Origin: Spirochaetota bacterium
GTDB lineage: Bacteria > Spirochaetota > JAGLSM01
Reading direction: 5' to 3'
DNA: 64,000 nt
Assembly: GCA_030634165.1 (NCBI GenBank)
Contig: DAOWBH010000001.1
Location: 7,361-71,360, forward strand
The notes below the pieces were generated by a model. The model did not search any database. It worked only from the letters and a program-made list of their open reading frames with translations, and was not told where the DNA came from. Shown here piece by piece: positions 1-8,628 of this stretch; position 1 is the first letter of the stretch, and each line of letters opens with the position of its first letter. The position numbers and the translations under genes were made by a program.

Positions 1-704
1 ATACCAAAATAACTTACAACCTTTCCCATGACAGGCCATATAAGCTTAATTCTGCGGTTTCTCGGGATCCTTCCAAAATACCTGCGACTTTGTCTATTGT
101 AAGATTTTCTCCATCGTTTTCTTTTTAAACTTCTTCTTACAGGTCTTTTTCCAAATTTGCGTATAGGCAGCTTTATTCTCTGTCCGGGGTAAATCCTTGA
201 TCTGTTGAGTCTTTTTAAACTTATGAGACTGACCCTGTACCTTCTTGAGATCTTCCACAGAGAGTCCCCCTTTCGGACTCTGTACCAGCGCCACCTTATT
301 GATTTGGCGGATACTGATTTATAATGACCGGAAACATTGACCAATTGCCCAGGATAAATACGGACTGAAGACATACTGTTAATTTTTATAAAACGTCTTT
401 TTGAAATCGAAAATTTCCGGCATATAGACCAAACAGTATCTCCATGTCTAACCCTGTAATACCTTTTTTTTGCCGTTCTGACTCTTCTTGAAACCCTGCC
501 CGGTATTTTAAGAGACATTCCTTTAAATATTCTGCTGTTTTTTAAATTATTCAGGCGTTTTAATGAAGATACTGATATCTTAAACCGCCTACTGATTCTC
601 CAAACCGTATCTCCCTTTGAAACCCTGTAAATTCTCAATGAATAAACAGGAAAAGATAAATACAGCAAAAAAAACAGTAAAAAAAACATTAACGACTGTT
701 TCAT
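1..704 (-). CDS. LysM-repeat peptidoglycan hydrolase with the beginning of an M23 peptidase domain (NlpD/LytM-like). Partial: the C-terminus lies beyond the window start.
   Basis: Minus-strand ATG at 704 is followed by a hydrophobic signal-like N-terminus (MKQSLMFFLLFFLLYLSF). Three LysM-like motifs follow: YRVSKGDTVWRIS, YYRVRHGDTVWSI, YRVRKGDSLWKIS. Near position 1 the frame reads PVMGKVVSYFG, which is the typical start of an M23 domain. The frame stays open to the window edge. It is absent from the ORF track because no stop codon lies inside the window. Confidence 0.6.
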   Translation of the reverse strand, partial: MKQSLMFFLLFFLLYLSFPVYSLRIYRVSKGDTVWRISRRFKISVSSLKRLNNLKNSRIFKGMSLKIPGRVSRRVRTAKKRYYRVRHGDTVWSICRKFSISKRRFIKINSMSSVRIYPGQLVNVSGHYKSVSAKSIRWRWYRVRKGDSLWKISRRYRVSLISLKRLNRSRIYPGQRIKLPIRKFGKRPVRRSLKRKRWRKSYNRQSRRYFGRIPRNRRIKLIWPVMGKVVSYFG

Positions 705-796
705 CCGTGAATTTTTTTTTGATTCCATTCCGATTCTAGTATCGATAAAAATCAAACAAATTATAAATTTTTAAGGGATTTATTTAATGGATTGAA

Positions 797-1078
797 TCAA
801 TAAGTAACCTCAAAATCGCTATAATCTCGTCTATCCGCAGTATTTATACTCTTAATAACTTCATCAATCCTTGAAAGAGGAGGCCCTTGCTCAAGATAGT
901 TTAAAAACATTTTTATCTGCTCGGATGTTCCTTCTGCAAATGTTTCTACCGAACCATCGGGACGGTTACGCACATATCCTGTAAGCCCGAGACTTTTTGC
1001 CTTAATTACCGTAGAATAACGAAAGCCTACTCCCTGAACTCTGCCTTTTACAACAAAATGTCCGCTTTTGAATTCCAT
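797..1078 (-). CDS. acyP: acylphosphatase
   Basis: 93 aa. Carries the VxGxVQGVGFR acylphosphatase signature (KGRVQGVGFRYST) and a size typical for the family. Confidence 0.8.
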   Translation of the reverse strand: MEFKSGHFVVKGRVQGVGFRYSTVIKAKSLGLTGYVRNRPDGSVETFAEGTSEQIKMFLNYLEQGPPLSRIDEVIKSINTADRRDYSDFEVTY

Positions 1079-1102
1079 ATTTGTAAATACTTTCTTTTTC
1101 CT

Positions 1103-2437
1103 TTATTCAAAAGAATCTATAACCAGAGAAGCAAGGGAACTCCGCTCACTCTTCTCCAGTTTGACATGACCCACAATTGCCTTATTTTTTAAATGTTCAA
1201 CTGCATATGTTAGTCCATTTGAATTTGAATCGAGATACGGATTGTCAATCTGCTGGGGATCTCCGGTCAGCACGATTTTAGTTCCATGTCCTGCTCTGCT
1301 CAATATGGTTTTAATTTCGTGCGGGGTAAGATTCTGCGCTTCATCGACTATCAAATACTGGTTCGGAATTGAACGTCCTCTGATATACGTCAGAGCTTCC
1401 AGTTCCAGCAAATTTGTATCCATGAGATAGCGTATCCTCTCTTCCGGTTTTTTATCTCCATCTTCATTACCAAATAAAAACCTGAGATTATCAAATATCG
1501 GCTGCATCCAGTGTAAAAGCTTCTCATCTTTAGTACCGGGTAAATAGCCAATATCTTTACCCATAGGTATAATCGGCCTTGTAACTAAAAGCCGTTTGTA
1601 CTTATTAAGATCAACTGTTTTTTTAAGTCCGGCAGCAATAGCAAGAAGGGTTTTCCCCGTACCCGCAGGTCCAACAAGAGTCACAAGCCTGAGATTATCA
1701 TCCAGAAGAAGATCAAAAGCAAATTCCTGCTGAAGATTCAATGCCTTTATTCCCCATAACTCCTGTTTTTCAAAATTCAATGGAAGAATAGCCTTTTTTT
1801 TGCCGGAATACCTCCCTATAGCGGATTTTGAAGGACTGCTTAAGCCGCGGAATAAAAAAAACTCATTGTCAATCGGAGGTTTATCCCCAACCGGAAGCTT
1901 CTTCATGAATCCTCCATCCTTATAATAGTTGTCAATCAGGGAATCATCAATATCAAGTTTACACCATCCTTTATAGAGTACGTCATAATCTACCTTCTGG
2001 CTTTCAAAATCCTGGGAAGTTATGCCAAGAGCATCCGCCTTAATCCTCGCGTTTAAATCCTTTGATACAAAAATTACCTTCTTTTTCGGATGGTCGTTTT
2101 TTAATTTAAGGGCAACCGAGAGTATAGCATTATCAGCCTTTGAAACATTATCCAGGACAGCACTGATGGAATTATGCTTGCTGCTTGCTATCGCGACCTG
2201 AATGATACCGCCGTTTTTCATCTCCACACCAATGCCCAGCGATCCAAGAGTCCTGTGATAGTCAAGCTGTCGTGCAACCATTCTCGCGTTTTTTCCTTTT
2301 TCATCGTTGTATGACTTGAACGTGTCCAACTCCTCAATGACCTGTATGGGAATAACTATATGGTTATCATCAAAAGCCTTGAGGGCAAATGGATTATGTA
2401 AAAGCACATTAGTATCGAGGATGTAAATCTTTTTCAA
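1103..2437 (-). CDS. PhoH-family ATPase with an N-terminal PIN domain (YlaK/PhoH2-like)
   Basis: N-terminus ILDTNVLLHNP is PIN-like. A Walker A motif GPAGTGKT is present, and the C-terminal region is PhoH-like. Confidence 0.75.
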   Translation of the reverse strand: MKKIYILDTNVLLHNPFALKAFDDNHIVIPIQVIEELDTFKSYNDEKGKNARMVARQLDYHRTLGSLGIGVEMKNGGIIQVAIASSKHNSISAVLDNVSKADNAILSVALKLKNDHPKKKVIFVSKDLNARIKADALGITSQDFESQKVDYDVLYKGWCKLDIDDSLIDNYYKDGGFMKKLPVGDKPPIDNEFFLFRGLSSPSKSAIGRYSGKKKAILPLNFEKQELWGIKALNLQQEFAFDLLLDDNLRLVTLVGPAGTGKTLLAIAAGLKKTVDLNKYKRLLVTRPIIPMGKDIGYLPGTKDEKLLHWMQPIFDNLRFLFGNEDGDKKPEERIRYLMDTNLLELEALTYIRGRSIPNQYLIVDEAQNLTPHEIKTILSRAGHGTKIVLTGDPQQIDNPYLDSNSNGLTYAVEHLKNKAIVGHVKLEKSERSSLASLVIDSFE

Positions 2438-2447
2438 AAGGAACTCC

Positions 2448-4688
2448 TTACCATAGTTTTTTTATTTTTTTGGGGATGTATCTATTAACACTTTTTTTAA
2501 CAGCCTTTTTTGCGTCATCATTAATTTTTTTCTTCATTTTTCTTTCTTCATTTTTCAACTTTTGTTTTGCGGCATTCTGCTTCGAAGAAAGAGCTGATTT
2601 TTTGTTATTCTGCTTTTTATCCATAGCCCTTCCCGAAGCGGATGTATCTCCTGATTTACCCGTCTTCCCTTTAAAACTGCTCAATAACGAATCCATCTTA
2701 ATTTCTTTACCTATAAAGTTTTTTATAAATCCTTCGGCTTTTTTTGCGGCGACAGGAAGAAGTCTATTGATAACAGATTTACCGGCAATCGCGAATTTCA
2801 GTTTGTCGGTTCTGCCTGAAACGGAAAATCCCAATGAAAGGTCTTTGTTCCCGTCTTCAAAAAGCGATGTAAACTCACTCTTATTGTATTTCTTATCAGC
2901 ATGAAGCAGAACCTTTAACGATAGAGAATCATCAAGTCCGTAGTAACCGTCCATTCGGACCCAAAAATCTTTAGCTTTTATCTTGAGTTTATTAATAAAA
3001 ACCTTGCCGTTTTTAAATTCCAATGTACTTCTTGCCTCTTTAAAATCGAGCTTCTTTTTCAAAAATGGAATCTCAACCTTGTACTTTTTGGCAGCCTTCT
3101 CGATTTTATTAATCCTGGCGAGGAATACTTTTTTTAACCTTGAAGCGTATCCTGATACATGATTCTGAAAATTCTTGTTCAAGTTATTTATAAACCTGCT
3201 GAAACCTGTCTTTGTTCTTCTAATGATTAGATCAAGATCCGAAGACAGAGAACCCTTTAAGCGGTTTGTAGTCCTTTTAAAATCATTTCTAACCCTATTT
3301 ATTATGACCTTAGCCTGATTGATGTATTTAGATTGCTTTAGCTTATTTTTTGCTCCAGGATAAAGTCTTGTAACCTTATTAAATATTCGTTTAACCGAAT
3401 CGTTGAATTTTTTGAGATCCTTTTCAACCATTACCATTGACCGTGTCACATCTTTTGAAAAACCGGAAATAATCTTTTTGCGTTTGTTTAAAAGCTTTTT
3501 ATATCCTGATTTAAAAGCAGTCTTAAACCCAGCCGTAATTTTATCAAGATTAGCCTGAGCTTTTTTTGTAAAAGCAGTCATCCTTTTTTTCAGGAGAGTT
3601 TCAAAAAGATGAATCTTCTTTTTAACCGCGTCTTTAATTCCCTTGAAAAAGTCCCTCTTTAGTTCTTCAAGAAAGGATGAAGCTGCTTTTAAAAAATGCT
3701 GCCCATAAAATTTCCCGTTCTCTGCTTTGAATACAATTGAACCGGTTGGATTAATCTGACCGTTTTTATCGGTTAAAATTATATCTCCTTCTATTACCGG
3801 CTGTATATTGAATGTTTTATCAGTCTTTTTCCTGCCTCCCATAATTTCAGTTAAAGAAATTTGAAAGTTAAATTTAAGCTTTAACGGTTTTCTGGCGGGC
3901 CAGTTAAAATCTTCAATAAGAAAATCAAGATTGTCCAGTCTGTAACTGTTTTTAAAATGAGCTGTTGCCGTGTCATCTATATTAACCACACCATTTTTCA
4001 TACCAAGTTCGGATATATGAATAGCAAGAGGAAGAGAGATCTTGTTCTTTTGCTTCGGCGCAGGATAATGATTTATTGAAGCAAGAAGAATATTTCTGTA
4101 AGGATCCATCATGACAGTTTTTTTATAAACCGGAGGATTTAAAAGATCATCGATACTTGTAACAGACTTGTTACCAACTTTGAATCTTTTTATATTGATG
4201 GTCGGCGAATCAAGAACCGCTTTGTAAATCACAAGATTGCCCGTTAATATGGGAAGTATCTTGTACGAGAGAATAAACGACTTCATTCTAATAAAAGTAC
4301 CCTTCCCGTTTCTTTCCCTGATATGAAGGTCATGCAGGCTGATTCCTTTCAGTATAGAAACACTGAGACTCTTAATACTCACAGGCCTGTTCAATGCCTT
4401 GCTCATTTCTTCCTGCATGATTTTTCTTACTGTTTCATTTGGAAAAAAGAAGGTAATAAAAAGAGTCGTACATACGAGAAAAATCAGTATGGATGCTATT
4501 ATGTCAACAGGTATGCTGATTATCTTTTTTTTAATAAATTTACCGACAATACTGACAGTAATTAAAACAAGACCCGGAAAAACTCCCAAAAAACCAATAC
4601 CGGTCATCAGTTCATTACTTCCCGCCAAACCGAACATAACTATCCCGACAGCAAGCATAATTATTCCTATTAATAATCCTTTTTTCAT
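2448..4688 (-). CDS. AsmA-family, membrane-anchored, Lys-rich large protein
   Basis: Two N-terminal TM helices. The segment after them (ALNRPVSIKSLSVSILKGISLHDLHIRERNG) resembles the conserved AsmA N-terminal region. The rest is a long basic, low-complexity stretch. Confidence 0.45.
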   Translation of the reverse strand: MKKGLLIGIIMLAVGIVMFGLAGSNELMTGIGFLGVFPGLVLITVSIVGKFIKKKIISIPVDIIASILIFLVCTTLFITFFFPNETVRKIMQEEMSKALNRPVSIKSLSVSILKGISLHDLHIRERNGKGTFIRMKSFILSYKILPILTGNLVIYKAVLDSPTINIKRFKVGNKSVTSIDDLLNPPVYKKTVMMDPYRNILLASINHYPAPKQKNKISLPLAIHISELGMKNGVVNIDDTATAHFKNSYRLDNLDFLIEDFNWPARKPLKLKFNFQISLTEIMGGRKKTDKTFNIQPVIEGDIILTDKNGQINPTGSIVFKAENGKFYGQHFLKAASSFLEELKRDFFKGIKDAVKKKIHLFETLLKKRMTAFTKKAQANLDKITAGFKTAFKSGYKKLLNKRKKIISGFSKDVTRSMVMVEKDLKKFNDSVKRIFNKVTRLYPGAKNKLKQSKYINQAKVIINRVRNDFKRTTNRLKGSLSSDLDLIIRRTKTGFSRFINNLNKNFQNHVSGYASRLKKVFLARINKIEKAAKKYKVEIPFLKKKLDFKEARSTLEFKNGKVFINKLKIKAKDFWVRMDGYYGLDDSLSLKVLLHADKKYNKSEFTSLFEDGNKDLSLGFSVSGRTDKLKFAIAGKSVINRLLPVAAKKAEGFIKNFIGKEIKMDSLLSSFKGKTGKSGDTSASGRAMDKKQNNKKSALSSKQNAAKQKLKNEERKMKKKINDDAKKAVKKSVNRYIPKKIKKLW

Positions 4689-4710
4689 TTTTTCCTCCAG
4701 TATTTTAAAT

Positions 4711-6729
4711 TTATATATCTGTACCTTTTTCCCTTATAAAAAATAAACGAACATCTCCCGGACTCAGTTTATCCAGATGTATTTTCCCTTCAGCGTCCAG
4801 CTCTACGTGATTTTCAGCACCTGTCTTACAATCAATTTCATCAACAACAGCCTCATCAAATCCATATTCCTTAAACGGGAAAATTTCAAGATCATTTATG
4901 GACTTTTTTTTCTTTGTAATTTCAGGATAACAGACACACATCAACCTCATTTTAAAACCGTCTTCACGGTCAATAAACCAGACCGCATAATCTTCTTGAT
5001 ACTCTGCTTCCTTAATATATGAATTACTCAAAGCAGTCTTAAATTTATCGTATACATCCTCAATAGAATTGTAATATGTAAAAAATTCTTTATTGTTCTC
5101 CCATTTTAAAGAAACAGGTTTGTTATTGGCTTCATATAAACCTGATGTAAGATCCTGATTGCCGATAACCTCATATTTCGGTCTTCGGCCTTTTCCACAA
5201 TTGGTAAAACGGCTCAAAAAATACCTGACAAACATCCCTTTCCAGCCGAATCTCGCAGGATTCGAATTAATTTCAGGATGACCGGTATCATGACTGTCTA
5301 CCGCAAACTGAATCGAAATCCTTTTTGAAAAGCTGCTGTTGTAATCTGATAACTGTCTGTTTATATCTATTGAAGATTTAATAAAATTCACATCAATATC
5401 ACGAACCATGTCTCCGCCAAGTATAAGATCAAAGCCGACAGAACCATAGTCCTTAAAGTCATAACCCATCCGTTCAGCAAGTGCTCCGGTATACGGCATC
5501 GCCTTTCTTGCCTGCGATATTACATTTTTAAGCAGCACGGGAGTACATCTGTCTGATACAGGAATATCACTTGTTCCTTCAAGCACAGAATCAAAAACAT
5601 GGTCAACATAATCAATACGGACATAGTCAAATCCATATTTTTTCTGCATTTGCGGAAATATCGATGAAAAGAAATCAATCCCTTTCTGCCATGGGACAGG
5701 ATGGCTCCTGTGCGTCGGCATAGTATTTACGTTCAGCTTAGTTGAAAACTTAACAGGTGTAAGCATCCCGAAGGCATGGCCGCTTTGATCCTCGCCATTT
5801 CTGTCAAGATACTCAAACTCCGGATAATTATACTCATCATTGTAAATACTGAATTCAGGTAAACCCACACCTCCCCAGGTATGGCTGGGAATTGTCCAGA
5901 TTCCTTTTTTAACAAGCTCACTGATAATTGCCGAGTGAACCTCTGTGCTTTTCTGTGAATCATCATTCTCAAGATTTTCAATTGAGGCTTTGCCTAAATG
6001 ATCCTGTACTATCTTTTTGACCTTATTGGTAATTATCTTTTGATTAGCTTCCAAAAGCATCGTATCCTGATCAAGCTCATTGGCCAAGCCCTTTCTATTC
6101 CGCGCAAGTTCAATCCATCTGAAATATTCAGGATGAGTCAGAACAACCCTTGAGAACTGAGAGGTATGCGGCTCAAGATCAAAACCCACCGTCATACCTA
6201 AGGCGTGAATTGCATCGATAAAAATTCTAAGCTGATTTTCAGCTTTTAAGCCCATATCCTTATAATTTTTATCAATGACTTCAGAAGCTATAGCGGATAA
6301 TGAATCAACAGCATAAACATTCCCAAACACACAGTTAAAAAAAGGAGCAAGATGAATTGAATTAACCCTGAGAAGGACAAGAAGCTTTAACGCATCCATA
6401 AAGGTTCCGGGTTTGGCAGTTTCAAGTCCGACTGCTCTTACGTTTAAAAAACAAAAGTCGCTGTCACACATCCAGGAAGAATCCCTGTAATCAGACACAG
6501 GTGAAAGTAGTGCTTTTCCTTTTATATCCTTTTTTAATAGAAGAGTATAAAATAAAGCAAACAAATAATCGGGTAATTTTAAAGCTTCCTCGGGAAGAAG
6601 AGGGATATATCCGTTTTTAAGATACAGTTCTAACCATTCTTTGGCTTTTTTTTCAGTGTTTTTTTGAGAAGCTTTCCTGTTACTTGAAATACTTAAATAC
6701 TTGTCCCAATATTCAGGTAACTTCGACAT
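4711..6729 (-). CDS. alpha-amylase-family (GH13-like) glycoside hydrolase, divergent
   Basis: GH13-like conserved regions: NSIHLAPFF, IHALGMTVGFDLEPHTSQ (region I-like), GFDYVRIDYVDH (region II-like, with the nucleophile Asp). Substrate specificity is unclear. Confidence 0.45.
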   Translation of the reverse strand: MSKLPEYWDKYLSISSNRKASQKNTEKKAKEWLELYLKNGYIPLLPEEALKLPDYLFALFYTLLLKKDIKGKALLSPVSDYRDSSWMCDSDFCFLNVRAVGLETAKPGTFMDALKLLVLLRVNSIHLAPFFNCVFGNVYAVDSLSAIASEVIDKNYKDMGLKAENQLRIFIDAIHALGMTVGFDLEPHTSQFSRVVLTHPEYFRWIELARNRKGLANELDQDTMLLEANQKIITNKVKKIVQDHLGKASIENLENDDSQKSTEVHSAIISELVKKGIWTIPSHTWGGVGLPEFSIYNDEYNYPEFEYLDRNGEDQSGHAFGMLTPVKFSTKLNVNTMPTHRSHPVPWQKGIDFFSSIFPQMQKKYGFDYVRIDYVDHVFDSVLEGTSDIPVSDRCTPVLLKNVISQARKAMPYTGALAERMGYDFKDYGSVGFDLILGGDMVRDIDVNFIKSSIDINRQLSDYNSSFSKRISIQFAVDSHDTGHPEINSNPARFGWKGMFVRYFLSRFTNCGKGRRPKYEVIGNQDLTSGLYEANNKPVSLKWENNKEFFTYYNSIEDVYDKFKTALSNSYIKEAEYQEDYAVWFIDREDGFKMRLMCVCYPEITKKKKSINDLEIFPFKEYGFDEAVVDEIDCKTGAENHVELDAEGKIHLDKLSPGDVRLFFIREKGTDI

Positions 6730-6789
6730 TTTCCCCCACCGATCCTGTCCCTAGTATTACCAAAACAAGACTGTCTGTCAATTACTATT

Positions 6790-6833
6790 TTGATGTATTT
6801 ATCCCGATCTATCGATCGGGATAAATACATCAA
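6790..6833. repeat. 44-bp perfect palindrome with 20-bp arms and a 4-nt loop (TTGATGTATTTATCCCGATC-TATC-GATCGGGATAAATACATCAA)
   Basis: Read directly from the sequence. It shares a TCCCGATC/GATCGGGA core with a second palindrome at 7167-7210. Confidence 0.9.
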
Positions 6834-6996
6834 TTGGAAAATATGAATCAACATCAGAATTAGTTGCACATCCTAACAAACAAAATTTTAGATGGATAAG
6901 TATCAGTTGCACAACCTCATTTTTTTTAAAAAGTGTAAGATTATTCTGTCTTATCAAAATGATTTTACATAACCGGAGTCAAACAAAGCGGAATCA

Positions 6997-7142
6997 GTTG
7001 CAGAACTTGATTTTTTTGAAAAATGCACTGCTTGAGTAACTAAATATTCAACTAGAAATTAAATTTTCACCTGCACACAACTTTCTTTATCTAATTAATT
7101 ATATACGAGTTTGCATTTTCAAAAAAATCAAGTTCTGCAACA
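6997..7142. mobile_element. MITE-like 146-bp element, copy 1, with perfect 26-bp terminal inverted repeats GTTGCAGAACTTGATTTTTTTGAAAA / TTTTCAAAAAAATCAAGTTCTGCAAC
   Basis: The TIRs are exact reverse complements. The element has no coding capacity. Two more full copies lie at 30735-30880 and 40934-41100. Degenerate left-end fragments (GTTGCACA...) sit at 6863 and 6906. Confidence 0.8.
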
Positions 7143-7166
7143 TCCTCATAAGCCATATTTTACCAT

Positions 7167-7210
7167 TTAAGCATTTTGTCCCGATCATCAGATCGGGACA
7201 AAATGCTTAA
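7167..7210. repeat. 44-bp perfect palindrome (TTAAGCATTTTGTCCCGATC-ATCA-GATCGGGACAAAATGCTTAA)
   Basis: 20-bp arms and a 4-nt loop, read from the sequence. It pairs with the palindrome at 6790-6833 to bracket the MITE cluster. Confidence 0.9.
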
Positions 7211-7303
7211 ATAAAAAATCATTGATATATTCATGAGTTTGTTATAAAATCTAATTAAAGTATCTGAATAAGCCGATTCAAATACTTTAAGGAGGACTGC
7301 TTA

Positions 7304-8020
7304 ATGGATTTTTTGAAAAACACACTTGAAGAAATTGTAATTAAAAAAGTTGAACAGGGTTTTAAAGACAATCCTGATATATGTCAAAGTCTGCAATGTA
7401 AAAAAGATGTAGCTGTATTAATATTAAACAAAATAAAACCCAGATATATAATTTCAGCAAGAGGGATGCTTCACCAGGCTGCAAATACTGCAGAGCAAAA
7501 AAGAATAAGCAAAGAAATTGACTCAGTTCTTCCCTCAGCTTTGAAACAAGTAAATGAACATAGAAGACCTAACTTCGACCATAGTAAAACATCCGGTAAT
7601 CTTATGGATTCTTTTGGCAAAAAAGAAAGATTTACAATGACTGATAGTTTTTTTATCAATTTCCCATTCTTCCTGGGAGAAGTACGCGACAGGACAACGG
7701 ATGAAATAATTTCAGATGTTAAAGTCTCAATGAGTGCAAATGAGAAAATACTTGATGGATATGACGGAAACTGGCCCAATCCTTATGAAACATCCGACAA
7801 ATCCGGGGGTAAATTTGCGTTCTGGCCCAAGTCAATACCCACAGAAAATGATCAGGCCCACCCGGAAAACTTCGATTTTAAACTGATATTTGAGAGTAAA
7901 AAATACAAAACCAAGGAAATTTCCTTTTCAATAGAACTTGAACCCGAAAAATTTACGGTAAATTTTGTGAGGACCGATTATTCAAAGGACATGGATATTG
8001 TAGCACTGGATCCGAAGTAA
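7304..8020 (+). CDS. ComFB-domain protein with a roughly 150-aa C-terminal extension
   Basis: The N-terminal 85 aa (NTLEEIVIKKVEQ...NPDICQSLQCKKDVAVLILNKIKPRYI) match the late-competence ComFB fold signature, including the two Cys. The C-terminal 150 aa has no family I recognise. Confidence 0.6.
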   Translation: MDFLKNTLEEIVIKKVEQGFKDNPDICQSLQCKKDVAVLILNKIKPRYIISARGMLHQAANTAEQKRISKEIDSVLPSALKQVNEHRRPNFDHSKTSGNLMDSFGKKERFTMTDSFFINFPFFLGEVRDRTTDEIISDVKVSMSANEKILDGYDGNWPNPYETSDKSGGKFAFWPKSIPTENDQAHPENFDFKLIFESKKYKTKEISFSIELEPEKFTVNFVRTDYSKDMDIVALDPK

Positions 8021-8029
8021 GGGGGGGTA

Positions 8030-8067
8030 GTTCATTTTTTTCTTTTTTGTAAAAGAAAAAAATGAAC
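8030..8067. terminator. Putative bidirectional terminator hairpin with a 17-bp perfect stem, between convergent comFB-like and aroK
   Basis: GTTCATTTTTTTCTTTT-ttgt-AAAAGAAAAAAATGAAC. It is AT-rich but long and is flanked by T/A runs on both strands. A G7 run immediately follows the comFB stop codon. Confidence 0.4.
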
Positions 8068-8102
8068 AATGAAACTCTTCCGAAGTGTCTGACCAGGCTT
8101 TT

Positions 8103-8621
8103 TTACCCTAAATATTTCCTGTATTCATCCTCAATAATTTTTAAACATTCATCTATATCAAACGTACCTGTATCAAGAGAAAAATCGGAGGTCTTTTTGT
8201 ATAGCGGATTTCTGTTTTCAAGAAGATGTTCTATTTCTTTTTTGGGATCAAGCCTGGTTAATGACGGCCGATTTGAATCTCCGTAAATCCTTTTATAAAT
8301 TACGTCAACATCTGCCTGGAGCCACACCACAAATCCCGATTCCTTGAGAAATTCTATATTCTCCCCGCGGCCTATTATACCCCCGCCGGTCGCGATTACA
8401 GTATTATCACGTCTATTGATCTCTTTTGCGGATTCAGTCTCAAGGTCACGAAAATACTTTTCTCCGGATTCATCAAAAATTTCAGGGATACTTCGTCCTT
8501 CTTTCTGAACTATCCATTGGTCAGTATCCATCAAGTCCATACCCATTAGTTCAGCCAGTCCTGAAGCAAGAACGGTTTTACCGGTTCCCCTGTATCCTAT
8601 AAGTACAATATTATGCTTCAT
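8103..8621 (-). CDS. aroK: shikimate kinase
   Basis: 172 aa with a P-loop GYRGTGKT. The size and motifs are those of shikimate kinase. Confidence 0.8.
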   Translation of the reverse strand: MKHNIVLIGYRGTGKTVLASGLAELMGMDLMDTDQWIVQKEGRSIPEIFDESGEKYFRDLETESAKEINRRDNTVIATGGGIIGRGENIEFLKESGFVVWLQADVDVIYKRIYGDSNRPSLTRLDPKKEIEHLLENRNPLYKKTSDFSLDTGTFDIDECLKIIEDEYRKYLG

Positions 8622-8628
8622 CCAAAGA

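Noticed and set aside
94-294. A 66-aa Lys-rich ORF from the six-frame track.
   Set aside because: It lies in a different frame inside a long uninterrupted LysM/M23 peptidase frame (704 to 1, minus strand) that has strong domain motifs. Most likely spurious.
2470-2904. Antisense or overlapping ORFs nested in large genes, including 2470-2904, 4399-4746, 9810-10070, 17578-17948, 46297-46572 and 56801-57250.
   Set aside because: They are low-complexity or compositionally biased translations opposite well-supported genes, with no motifs. Treated as spurious.
8062-8286. A 74-aa plus-strand ORF overlapping the 3' end of aroK.
   Set aside because: It begins inside the terminator hairpin and runs antisense to aroK. 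No support.
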